Shown: piece after piece, positions 1 to 11,143 of the stretch
Numbering within the stretch: the first letter of the stretch is position 1
How the letters are laid out: each line of letters opens with the position of its first letter
From: Ginkgo biloba
Taxonomy: Eukaryota; Plantae; Ginkgophyta
Length of the DNA stretch: 21,436 bases
NCBI GenBank assembly: GCA_024626585.2
Contig: JANKJI020000002.1
Span: 157,362,080-157,383,515 of the forward strand
Reading direction: 5' to 3'
Made by a program: the position numbers and the translations under genes
The notes under the pieces: model-generated
Databases searched by the model: none
What the model was told of the DNA's origin: nothing
What the model saw: the letters and a program-made list of their open reading frames with translations, nothing else

Positions 1-142
1 ATGTTATATTATATGTTTTATCCACTGTGCTTATTTATATGAATATCTGCTAATGAGATAATGATAATGATTCATGCTTTATATGAAAATTTTATATCAT
101 ATGCTAACCCAAGTGGCAAGTTAAAGGTACGGGGTTGTTACA
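1..142 (+). mobile_element. Possible 3' end of an LTR
   Basis: An AT-rich stretch ends in cggggttgttaca (130-142), resembling the GGGGTGTTACA ends common in plant gypsy LTRs. No PBS follows, and composition changes after 142. Confidence 0.3.
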
Positions 143-936
143 GAAAGGTGGACCTGGGATAAGCGGAAGAACTGCCAATACGTTGTGAGATGTCATGAGC
201 TGGACTAAATGGAAGGTAGGAGGATCTGCAACGTTGAGAGGAGTAGGACGCACTGGGCATCCGGAAGAAACGCAAAACATTGGGGATTGGGTCGTCCGAA
301 GTAGTAGGTGATAGGAGTTGAATCGCCAACAACTAAGAGACGAAGGAAAAATACCAGATAGATTGACAAGGAAAATTTGAAAGCCAAATGACACAGGCAA
401 AGCGGACCGATTCAAAATTGATGAATTTTTTTTCGAAATTGAAGCAAACAAGCGCCGCTTGAAAATTAAAAAAAAATTCAACATTTTCTATAGTTTTAAA
501 CTATAGTGAAAAATGAATATCAAAAAGTGCTAAACTCAGTCAAAGCCCCTAGTCACATGGAGTTTGAGGGCTAACTATGTTTTAGAAATGTTTTAGGTGT
601 CCTTTTTCATTTTTTGAAAAGACAGTCCCATATAAAATTTAATTTTCTTTCATCTTGAGGAGGTCACATGATCAAATTCTAGCATCCTGTGTGATGAACG
701 AAGTTTTAATGTCATAAAGACCAGCTNNNNNNNNNNNNNNNNNNNNNNNNNNNNNNNNTTGACCAGCATTTTGGAGTGATTTGGCACCCTGCGAGGTGAC
801 CGGAGAAAAATTAAGTCCAAAAATAAATAAAACTCCTTTTTTAATGGTGTGGCGAGGCAATTTTGCACCTGCATTGGTGTTTTTTGTAGTGTAATTTTCC
901 TATTTTTTATGTCTATTTTCTTTAAAAATTGTGGAA

Positions 937-1133
937 ATGGCAACTGGAAGCAGTATCATAGGTGCCATGATAGAAAATTTGACTAGTTCGGAGAACCATA
1001 TGGTGTAGAAGCATCAGATAGTGAATTTTTTGTTGCTCAATGACCTATGGAAGTATGTGGAAGAAACAGTGATAGTGGATAAAAATGATGCTAAACAACT
1101 GACCGAGATTAAGGCCAAATGCCATATCACCCT
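937..1133 (+). mobile_element. Degenerate Ty1/copia gag N-terminus (DUF4219/Retrotran_gag_2-like), cut by gap
   Basis: ATG at 937. With one frameshift it reads MATGSSIIGAMIE-LTSSENHMV*KHQIVNFLLLNDLWKYVE, matching the copia motif (K)LxxxNxxxWKxxxxxxLxxxDLWxxV. The stop is a TAG at the conserved Trp (TGG) position. Confidence 0.75.
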
Positions 1134-1233
1134 NNNNNNNNNNNNNNNNNNNNNNNNNNNNNNNNNNNNNNNNNNNNNNNNNNNNNNNNNNNNNNNNNNN
1201 NNNNNNNNNNNNNNNNNNNNNNNNNNNNNNNNN

Positions 1234-1466
1234 CAAGGGATGCAGCCCACAGAGATTTTTATAGAAAGATTTAATTTCCAAAGTGGTGCAAAGATTTTTT
1301 GTCTTCTTCCAAGACTCTCTCACACTCTGTATTTTTATTATTGTGTGTAGAACTATACAACATCTTCTTTGAGTGGATGATTCTTCTCTTTCCTCTCTCT
1401 CTGTTCTTTTCTTCTCTCCCTTTTTATTTTTCCTCTTCTTGGAAAATCCCTTCAATTACCCTAACT
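1234..1466 (-). repeat. Dispersed repeat copy A (LTR-like), inverted relative to 2597..2856
   Basis: Its reverse complement aligns colinearly with copy B: agttagggtaattgaagggattttc vs agttaaggtaactaaagggattttc; agagtgtgagagagtcttgg vs agagtgtgagagattcttga; caccactttggaaatt vs caccactatgggaatt; tgggctgcatcc vs tgggttgcatcc. Confidence 0.75.
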
Positions 1467-1544
1467 GTTTGAGAAGTTGAACCATCTTGTAAGAAAAATA
1501 TTTCACTTTCTTGGTGATCGTGGGGTACTAATTCATAGATCCAT

Positions 1545-1772
1545 GTTCATGAACATGTGAGCTATTGTGATCACTCACACATTCTCATAAGATTGTGCAC
1601 ACTCATGAGCTCTTGTACACTCTCACAAGATTTTGCACACTTGCAAAACATCACATACTCTTGCAAGATCTCGTGAGCTTGCATGCACTCGTAAGCTCTC
1701 ATGATATTTCACACACTTGTAAAAAGTCATGCACTCTCATGTCCTTGTGCATAATCATGCACTTGTAAAAAG
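1545..1772. repeat. Degenerate short-unit tandem repeat (~11-bp period; cacactc / gcacac / caagat motifs)
   Basis: Recurrent motifs gcacactcatgagctc, gcactcgtaagctctc, ctcacaagattttgcacac, ctcttgcaagatctcgtgagc, and cacttgtaaaaagt twice. Variants often differ by CG>CA/TG. Confidence 0.6.
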
Positions 1773-2596
1773 TTACTATGTGTTGGGCACTCCAAAATTT
1801 GTCTAAGTGTGGAAGGAGCAATAGGACACAACCGATTGTTCTCTATGTAAGTGAGCAACCAAGGTAACAAGTTGTGGATATTTGATTGTTACTAGACTTG
1901 TGCAACCATTGACCATCCTTAGAGAGTTGTTGACCCAATAGTAGGTTGATTGCCACATATGCTAGCTTAGTCACATCATTAACTTAAATTACAACCATCA
2001 TTAAGCTACATGCTGTGAAGATAGGGAACAATCTGAGAATTCATGATGAAAAAGGAAGGGCACCAATCTAGTAAACATGATGTCACACTCCATTCAAATT
2101 CCCACACCTATAATGCCCAAGCTCATTTTTTCACTAGAGGGGTAGTAGGAGTGAGTGCAAAGCAATTTTGTCTTAACAAAAGGTTTTACACCTAGTAGGC
2201 CATTGAGCCCGCAACCATTCAACCAATAAGCAATTGAGGTTGTCCAAGTACACATTTAGTAATTCAAACTCAAGTTGGAAGATTATTCAGTAATATAGTG
2301 CAACCACTTCCCTTTTGGTGGAAAACACAGTGCAATTGGTTATTGACAACGTTAGTCAAACAAAGAAGGTCAAATCANNNNNNNNNNNNNNNNNNNNNNN
2401 NNNNNNNNNNNNNNNNNNNNNNNNNNNNNNNNNNNNNNNNNNNNNNNNNNNNNNNNNNNNNNNNNNNNNNNNNNNNNAGATCTTATGAGTTTGGTATTAA
2501 ATACCAAAACATATATTTTTTAAAATAGAGCTCCATGGAAAGAAAAAGGAAAGTAAAATTATTCGGTTTCCAAAAATTTATGAAAATTCTTGGAGT

Positions 2597-2856
2597 AGTT
2601 AAGGTAACTAAAGGGATTTTCATGAAAAGGGGAAAATGAAGGGAAAAAATCATAGGCAAGAGAAAATATGCGAAGGAGAGGATAGAGAAAGAGAGTAACA
2701 AATTGACTTAGAGGAGAAGAAAATAAAGTTATAAAAATAGAAAGAGGAGATAGAGAATAGGGAGAGTGTGAGAGATTCTTGATAGAAGATAGAGTAGCTC
2801 CACACCACTATGGGAATTTAATTTGTTTTATGTATAATGATCTATGGGTTGCATCC
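2597..2856 (+). repeat. Dispersed repeat copy B (LTR-like, with TATA-like tataaaaata and GA-rich tract)
   Basis: Homologous to the reverse complement of 1234..1466. The TATA-then-GA-rich layout resembles an LTR U3/R region (inference). Confidence 0.7.
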
Positions 2857-4005
2857 ATTAAATAGAAGCATAGGCATAATTAGATGTAGATTCTTGTTCA
2901 AAGAGGACTTAATGCCATTCTGTATTTTTATTCCCCAAGAGGATTTCTCTAGTTAAGAACTTATGACTCTATGTAAAAATTTGTGTGTGATAAATTTCTA
3001 TTGATCTTGCATTTTTAGATTCAAGTTGATAAAATTATATGCAAGTTATAGACACAAAAGTTTATTATTTTTAATAAATGATTTTAATTCAAGAATCTAT
3101 AGTGAATTACATTGGAAGATTTTGTTAAGAATAGTGTTTCCTAATGGGTGCATAGTGTGTCCTTACTTAGTAGGTAGATTAGGTTTGTTCCATTTACATC
3201 ACATATCATATTCACATATATAACACTATACACANNNNNNNNNNNNNNNNNNNNNNNNNNNNNNNACAGACATATGGAAAACTAACCAATTCTTATATTA
3301 GTGATCATAGAGTATAAGTATTATATACAACATCACATTACATTATCTCATCGGAATCTACTATTCAATATATTGTATGTCATCATGTCATAATTTCTCT
3401 TAAGTAAATTGGGTGAAGCTAATGCAAGAAAATCTGCAACAATTGAAGTGTAACAATCAGTTATGTAATCTCAATCTTGAGTGTTTAGTTAGTATGGCCC
3501 TAGTGAGGCCATTACATCGACTAGATATGTCTTGTAACTACACAATTATGCTTAGATGCAATTAGTTGTCATAGTTAATGGAAGACATATCAATACAAAT
3601 GAAGCTTTTGGCAAAAATAATGCTTTAGTTACTAGGAAGCATTTGTGACATTTGTAATTGAGAAATGCTACTCTCTCAGTTAGAAGCTAAGAATTGCTCA
3701 CAACTCTTGAGGCCCTAGGCACTCTAAATTTGAAATATGTCTACTAAGATATAAGTACAAAAATCAAAAGCCATCATGCCAATCCATTTTATGAATAAGA
3801 GCTACACTCCATTTTGTAATCCATCTTGTTATGCTCATCTCTTATGCAATTGCCTTTTTGTCTTTCTTTTGTTTGGTTTCCATTTGTACTCTAATTGCAA
3901 CCTTTTCTTCTCCAGTCATGGTCTCCCATGTCTTTCATTGCAATATGTACATCATTGTCCCCCTTTTGGATTGTCAATGATGAGTTGGGATTGATTGGGG
4001 GAAGA

Positions 4006-4226
4006 ATGGAGTGAGCAGGAGCAGGCAGCGTAGGAGCAGGGAGAGGGGGAGGAAGAGCAGGAGCAGGCGGTGCTAAGGGAGGAGGTTCAGGAGCTGCGGG
4101 AGCTGGGGTCCTGGAGAAAGGAGCTTGCACAGGCAGTGAGGCCCGCACAGGGGTAAGAGGCCCTGAGGGTGGAGAGGGAGAACCAAGGGAAGGCTGGGGC
4201 GGTCTGGTGGAGCCCGCAGGTGGCCT
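4006..4226 (+). mobile_element. Gly-rich 5' fragment related to the LINE ORF1 N-terminus at 9558 (cut by gap)
   Basis: Abrupt GC/purine-rich block reading ME*AGAGSVGAGRGGGRAGAGGAKGGGSGAAGAGVLEKGACTGSEARTGVR. The segment AGVLEKGACTGSEARTG resembles GVGEVGKGACVGGDPCTG in the 9558 ORF. The early TGA could be CGA decay. Confidence 0.5.
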
Positions 4227-5250
4227 NNNNNNNNNNNNNNNNNNNNNNNNNNNNNNNNNNNNNNNNNNNNNNNNNNNNNNNNNNNNNNNNNNNNNNNNNN
4301 NNNNNNNNNNNNNNNNNNNNNNNNNNGATTTCTATTAGTTTATTATAATCACCTCATCACTAAATACAACTTTGGTGGACATCACAAAATTCACTTAAAA
4401 TTAATGTTGTCAATAGGAAAACAAAACAAAAGGCCTTATGGTCATATGTTAATGTTAGATGAATGTTAATGCATAAATCACATGCAAGTTTATGGAGTAG
4501 ATTTGTCTTTTACTCAAGTTAGCTAACGATGCGATTGGTTCCTATCATTGTAACCAATAGAACATTCTCTTGTTGCACTAACTTTGACATCTTCGGTCCG
4601 TATTTGCTTGCTTGGTAGCCTTTTTTACTAGGCCCTTCCTCCAATTTTCTTATTTCCTTCCTCTCTCACCTGCTACCTTTTTCACTAATTCTTCAATGCC
4701 ATGAGCCAATTTTGCCTTCATAGCCACAAATTTCTTTCTTTCATCTCCATATGCCATCTTGATAAATGCTTTGTTCACTTCTTGGAATCTAACTTTCTTC
4801 TTTTATGGGTTTGGAAATTTGAATTATTAGTTGCCATGCTTATATTCTTGCCAATTCTCATGCAAATTAAGGGTTGTACATCATCTAGTATCATTGTTGT
4901 GAGATTCGATGATTTTATTTTGTTCTTTGGGTTTTGTAGGCGAGATAATTATGTTATTATCCTTGCTTATGTTTGTGTTAGTAATCGCATAACTAGATGC
5001 TACTAGTTAGCCAATTTTAACACATTGACAAGTTAGTTCACAATCTACTTAAGGAGTTGACAATTGGATGAGACATCTCTTGAGTCATATTAGTAACTTA
5101 TCATATCATTGTATGATGTGAGATCCATTTGGAGAATTTGAATTATATGCGTGGTAGTTCAAATTCATTTGTTTTTTTGATGATTATAATGGAATATTCC
5201 TACTTGAATTGTCTACTTCTTTTTGTGCATCTGTGAAATGATTGGTTGAT

Positions 5251-5271
5251 GAGAGAGAGAGAGAGAGAGAG
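5251..5271 (+). repeat. (GA)10 microsatellite
   Basis: Directly visible perfect dinucleotide run. Confidence 0.95.
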
Positions 5272-6679
5272 TTCTATTACGCATAGGTAGTTATTGATTG
5301 TAGATGTTGAGATTTACCAATATTGTATATTTAACAGCAAGGGGACACAAACCACCAACATTTGTTTTGTCGTCTTCAACTATTGTGTGATTAAATATTA
5401 TTTGAAAGAAGGATTATGATTTTGACATGTCCATNNNNNNNNNNNNNNNNNNNNNNNNNNNNNNNNNNNNNNNNNNNNNNNNNNNNNNNNNNNNNNNNNN
5501 NNNNNNNNNNNNNNNNNNNNNNNNNNNNNNNNNNNNNNNNNNNNNNNNNNNNNNNNNNNNNNNNNNNNNNNNNNNNNNNNNNNNNNNNNNNNNNNNNNNN
5601 NNNNNNNNNNNNNNNNNNNNNNNNNNNNNNNNNNNNNNNNNNNNNNNNNNNNNNNNNNNNNNNNNNNNNNNNNNNNNNNNNNNNNNNNNNNNNNNNNNNN
5701 NNNNNNNNNNNNNNNNNNNNNNNNNNNNNNNNNNNNNNNNNNNNNNNNNNNNNNNNNNNNNNNNNNNNNNNNNNNNNNNNNNNNNNNNNNNNNNNNNNNN
5801 NNNNNNNNNNNNNNNNNNNNNNNNNNNNNNNNNNNNNNNNNNNNNNNNNNNNNNNNNNNNNNNNNNNNNNNNNNNNNNNNNNNNNNNNNNNNNNNNNNNN
5901 NNNNNNNNNNNNNNNNNNNNNNNNNNNNNNNNNNNNNNNNNNNNNNNNNNNNNNNNNNNNNNNNNNNNNNNNNNNNNNNNNNNNNNNNNNNNNNNNNNNN
6001 NNNNNNNNNNNNNNNNNNNNNNNNNNNNNNNNNNNNNNNNNNNNNNNNNNNNNNNNNNNNNNNNNNNNNNNNNNNNNNNNNNNNNNNNNNNNNNNNNNNN
6101 NNNNNNNNNNNNNNNNNNNNNNNNNNNNNNNNNNNNNNNNNNNNNNNNNNNNNNNNNNNNNNNNNNNNNNNNNNNNNNNNNNNNNNNNNNNNNNNNNNNN
6201 NNNNNNNNNNNNNNNNNNNNNNNNNNNNNNNNNNNNNNNNNNNNNNNNNNNNNNNNNNNNNNNNNNNNNNNNNNNNNNNNNNNNNNNNNNNNNNNNNNNN
6301 NNNNNNNNNNNNNNNNNNNNNNNNNNNNNNNNNNNNNNNNNNNNNNNNNNNNNNTTAAGGATCCACCACTATCATCACCAACACAAAATAACCCACTACT
6401 ATGATGAGCATGGAATATTCTACCATCAAGAAGTACTCCATCAGACACAAGTGTGTATAGATACTCATTTGGATCAATGGTTTATGGTGCAGTAAGAGAT
6501 CCTGCAAACCATTTGGCCTTGATTCTAAATATTATTGAAATTCAAATAATAGTCACATGAGAATGGGCATTGAGATGCTCATTTTGACAATGTAATAGTC
6601 TCAGAAGGTGAATAGAGATGTTGGATCTAGTCATGATACTGGATAAAAGTACTATGAAGGCACAACAAAGAGCATTCTT

Positions 6680-6930
6680 TGCTTATTTTTCCCAGATTAG
6701 GGCCAATTACGAAGAGATTGTCCATTGGAACTAGCTAGTAGTAAGTTGATTTGCATAAAGTGCAAACTCATAGATTATGAGTATGAAGACTATCCAAAAA
6801 ATCTGAACAAGTATAAGATGCCTAAAATTTTGGTGGCAATGCCAAATGCTAATGAAGTCAATGATGAGGAAATGGATTGTCCAATATATAAATAAGAAAA
6901 TGTTGGGCACAAACATTATCAATTATCCAA
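6680..6930 (+). pseudogene. Decayed ORF with three tandem CCHC zinc-knuckle remnants (gag/nucleocapsid-like)
   Basis: In one frame: CLFFPD*GQLRRDCP (6680), CIKCKLIDYEYEDYP (6752) and CPIYK*ENVGHKHY (6878). The first two fit CX2CX4HX4C spacing if single-base changes are reverted (ttc/tgc, caa/cat, tat/cat, tat/tgt). Confidence 0.55.
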
Positions 6931-8263
6931 AACCTATGAAGGAGAAAGAACAATATTAAAGAATTGTTGTTAGTCTAATAATTCCACATTCTTGAGTTAC
7001 ATGTTGAGTCTAGAATTAAGGAAAAAGAAGAGAGACACACATCCACAATCAAATGAGAGGTGCACAATGAACAACATTCATGTATTGTATTATAGAATAG
7101 GAGAATACATCATAGTGATCACTATACAATGTATAGTCCAACCTTGTCCAAAGTGGTGATACATCAAAAATGGAGGAGGGGTCTTTATATGCAAGAAGGC
7201 ATCGCCTCATCCAAGGGGGCGGAGAGTTGTATATGAGACTCAACTATCCAACCGTTAAGTAATCCATCATTAGTCAAACAAGTTCTAATCATGACTCATC
7301 CAAAGATTATTACATCACAACAACATTATCTACTAATATCTTTCCCCCTAATGAACAAAAGGAGAGCATCTAGTCAAAATCTTAGGGAGGAGAAACATCT
7401 AAAGAGATCACCAAAGCACTAGTAGTTGTTATAATAGACTCAAGAGTTATCACTAATAGTGATCCTAGAGATGAATCTAGGACTAGATTCATTGTTGTAC
7501 TCAATGCCAAGGTTGATGTTGTAGCTAGTGTGGAAGGTAAGGTAATGGCCAATGCTAAGGTAGCATCATAAGTGGAGGTAGACTTAGACATAGTAGCCAT
7601 TGTAGTCATTGTCAAGTCTATGGTCTACACCAAGGAAGTAGAGTGCTTCAAGGTGGGTATTGGAATAGACTCGACTAGTTGAGTGATAGGAACACTATTT
7701 CCCCACACAATACTAGACCAACTTCCCCCTATAATGGGTGGTCAAAGAGGGTGATTGAGGGGACTAAAAAGGTACCATTATAGAATGCACTAATACGAAA
7801 TATTGATGTCGAAAAGGGTGGGAAACCCCAATGGACAATGGGTTGGGTAAAATAACATACGACCATGCATAGATCGAATGGATCCAATGGCTTGGGAAGT
7901 AGAAGTTGTAGGGTTGCCTTTATCTTGTGGTGAGGAAGCAAGAATTTGGTATTGACATGTAATGGAGTTGGGGGTATGATAAACATGGCTGAGGATAATG
8001 AGACTACTAGCCCCCAAGTCCTTAGACTATCTTAAAATAAATGAAGGTGTAATCACTAAGAAAGTAGGAAAATAAATGACTCACTCATCAAGTTAATGAA
8101 GGGAAGACTAGTTGATGCAAGTTCTAGTTACTTTGCCTCCAACCATCTTTTGAGTGCCTTACTCTCCTTTTGCATTATTTACGCCAACTAAAAAATCCTT
8201 GCTTGCATCATCAATTTTGTCTATAGCTTCTATAACAATGCAGCATCTTAAACTCGTTTAAAA

Positions 8264-8706
8264 TGAAGAACCTGAAGATGCCAAACACTTNNNNNNNNNN
8301 NNNNNNNNNNNNNNNNNNNNNNNNNNNNNNNNNNNNNNNNNNNNNNNNNNNNNNNNNNNNNNNNNNNNNNNNNNNNNNNNNNNNNNNNNNGAACGCCCTA
8401 CTGCACAGAGTCGAAAACTTCATTACTATATTAAACAAACCCATACTCATGCATATACAAGCATAAAATTAGATTTTAGACTCATGTCCGTCTAAGATCT
8501 AATGATAAATTAGATCTTAGCATATTTAGATTTTCCATTAAAATCTAGTGTAATAGTGCAAACTAGATTTTAGACTCATTTCTTATTAATTTATGATAGG
8601 CAGAAATAGCACATAGTAATAGTGCAAAAAACAGGGCAGAATTAATACTGACTGTTTATGGCAACTTACCTGGTCAAACTGAAGAATCTGAGGATGCCAA
8701 ACACTT
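8264..8706 (+). repeat. 27-bp direct repeat pair (8264-8290 and 8680-8706) plus 16-bp repeat tagattttagactcat (8470, 8564)
   Basis: tgaagaacctgaagatgccaaacactt vs tgaagaatctgaggatgccaaacactt (25/27 identical). The first copy abuts a 100-N gap. Probably part of a high-copy LTR-type repeat. Confidence 0.65.
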
Positions 8707-9557
8707 CCTTGGACCAAAACGTCTCCATTCAAGCCTTCATTATGCCACGACTCACTTTTTGGCTCAAAAGTGACGTGGTGGTGGTGTGAGCACTAGGTAC
8801 TAGAAAATCCAACAACTTCTTCTAGAGGTTCCTTAGGCCCCACAAAGCTGCTTCGGACCATACAAATGACTCCAAAGAGGTTTCCTTACCTCAAAGATCA
8901 AATCTAAGAACTTTCTTGGTAAAAATCCATGCTACAATCTACAATAAATTCCTATGAATGGTTCAAAACATGAAAGAAANNNNNNNNNNNNNNNNNNNNN
9001 NNNNNNNNNNNNNNNNAGCCAAAATGTAGAAAATGACTCCCAAAGTGAAGATATCTTCAATAGGAGATCTAAGGAGATAAGTGAAATAATGATTAAGGAT
9101 TATCAAAGCATAGAGGACCCCTATATATGCTAGAAAGATGGGCACAAACCCCCACATAGGGATGAGCTTATTCTTATGTCTACCCCATACCCCAAGAAAC
9201 CCTCTATGGCATTGCAATCTCTCCAATCACTCTTTGTAGGGAGGCACCCTCTCCAAGAGAACACTTNNNNNNNNNNNNNNNNNNNNNNNNNNNNNNNNNN
9301 NNNNNNNNNNNNNNNNNNNNNNNNNNNNNNNNNNNNNNNNGTTGGGCAACGAGCTTGGAAAACCCTATGAGAATGTCTAATGAATTAATTTAAGTCTAAG
9401 GATGCTAAAATAACTTTAACTATCTTAAAGAAGGTTAAGAAAGAGCTTGACTGGGAGTTCAACATGTTAATAGTGAAGTTGGAGGCTAATTCTACTAAAG
9501 TTGAGGCACCCAAAGTTTACTTCTAGATTGGCAAAGCTTTAGGGGCAAGAGGAGACG

Positions 9558-11043
9558 ATGGCGAGTTCTAGCAGAGGAGGAGGACGTGTAGGTAGGAAGG
9601 TTGGAGGACTGGGAGGGGATAGAGAAGAGGGCACGACAGGAGGAGTGGAGGGAGAGGGTGGCAGGGGACTAGGCGAAGAGGCACATGTAGGCGGTGACAC
9701 CTGCGCGGGCTTTGTAGAGTGCTCAGGCGGAGACCCTCGGGCGGGCGGGGAGCTCTGTACAAGCATGGACCCCCGTGTGGGAGCAAACCCTCGTGTGGGG
9801 GCAGGTGGTGATAGGGTGGAGCCCTGTGCAGGGGTTGGAGAGGTTGGAAAAGGTGCCTGTGTGGGTGGTGACCCCTGCACGGGGCCTCGGGTGACAGGGG
9901 CGTCACCCACGCCTCTGGTGAGCCTCGTGCGGGTGAGGGAGGGAACAAGGATGCTTGCGGTGGGTGGCATGCAGTGCACCAGTCACTTCTATCAGTATGG
10001 GTCTAGACACAGCTACATCAGGAACAACGGATAATGGAGGACTTCTAAGGGGAAATGCGGGAGGAGAGGAAAGCAATCTCGCTGATCGAGAAGAGACACA
10101 GTCGCATAGAGATCTCAACTCTATTCAACGAGGACACATTGGTGATAGAGGCCAGTTAAAGGTGGAGAGCGTCTACCAGAGAAGAAGTTTGTCCCCAGAT
10201 CGAGCCTCTGAGGAGTTCATCCCTCTGAACTGCTCCAAAGGGGACGGGTCGGTGTAAGCAGTGGTAAGATCATTAAATGCCAAATTCACAAACACCAGAG
10301 TGCCTAGTTTCCACAAACACAAGGAGGAATGGCCGCCCTTGCCCTCATTAGGAAATGAGATTGCTATGGAGAGAGATCCACAGATGATACCAAGTCATGA
10401 TGAAACCGTGATAGGTGATGCCCCCAGGCTGCTTATCAGGTTCTGGGGATAACAGGCTCGGAGGTGGCGATGGGAGAAGGAGAACATGCAGCTGCAGAAA
10501 AATTAGTGCTGGGAGGAGAATCACAGAGTGAGGAGCCTCATGAACATACCACAGGTAATGACCTCGTAGTGGACCTAGAGGATTTTAATTTCTAAGGAAT
10601 ATTTTGAGGGGCGCATGCATCTGGAGACACAGGGGGTTATTCTGTTCTTTTTGCATAGAATGCCAGATGAAGAGGCCTTCAACATATGGTGTTTGTTGAA
10701 CTGGGAAGCCAACAAAATTTCATTGAACTCGAACTGGGGTCTCAGATCGAAATATGTATGCCTTTTGTTGAACTCAAAAGCAGTCGCTCGACATGTATTG
10801 CAATATGGGACATGGAATATCGCTGGATCTCTTGCCTATGTTCAGTCATGGAGGGTAGACTTCAACCCAGAAGATCACGAACATGCTCACTATCCGCTTT
10901 GGCTGGAGTTCCCGGCACTACTGGCGGATATGTGCCCTTTTGTTGACTTGTTTGCCCATAGGTTTGACAAGGTGCTCATTCCAGATGGTAGACAAAACAC
11001 GTTTCGGGCAAACCTAAGGGTCTATGTGGAGTTGGACCTGAAA
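9558..11043 (+). mobile_element. L1-type LINE ORF1 (DUF4283/RRM-like), frameshifted, cut by gap before zinc knuckle and ORF2
   Basis: 10615-11043 encodes HVLQYGTWNIAGSLAYVQSWRVDFNPE...YPLWLEFPAL...LRVYVELDLK, the typical plant L1 ORF1 signature (VLxxGPW...W...FxP...PxWxxxPxL...RVxVExDL). Upstream low-complexity, frameshifted segments start at MASSSRGGGR (9558). Assigning the upstream part to ORF1 is inference. Confidence 0.8.
9680..9890 (+). repeat. Degenerate 18-bp tandem repeat encoding a P-(R/C)-x-G-G-D hexapeptide
   Basis: Units cctcgggcgggcggggag, ctctgtacaagcatggac, ccccgtgtgggagcaaac, cctcgtgtgggggcaggt, gcctgtgtgggtggtgac. Translation: AHVGGD TCAGFV ECSGGD PRAGGE LCTSMD PRVGAN PRVGAG. 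Confidence 0.7.
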
Positions 11044-11143
11044 NNNNNNNNNNNNNNNNNNNNNNNNNNNNNNNNNNNNNNNNNNNNNNNNNNNNNNNNN
11101 NNNNNNNNNNNNNNNNNNNNNNNNNNNNNNNNNNNNNNNNNNN

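Noticed and set aside
5414-6495. Long ORFs of 325-359 aa in the ORF track
   Set aside because: They consist almost entirely of a ~920-N gap and are artefacts. The same applies to the other X-containing ORFs.
7382-8017. Thr/Ser-rich and other short minus-strand ORFs
   Set aside because: Low-complexity decayed sequence, likely TE-derived, with no assignable domain.
9539-9979. Extensin/arabinogalactan-like Pro-rich gene on the minus strand (also 3891-4148)
   Set aside because: No signal peptide and no SPPPP/Tyr motifs. It is better explained as the antisense of the G-rich LINE-associated repeat.
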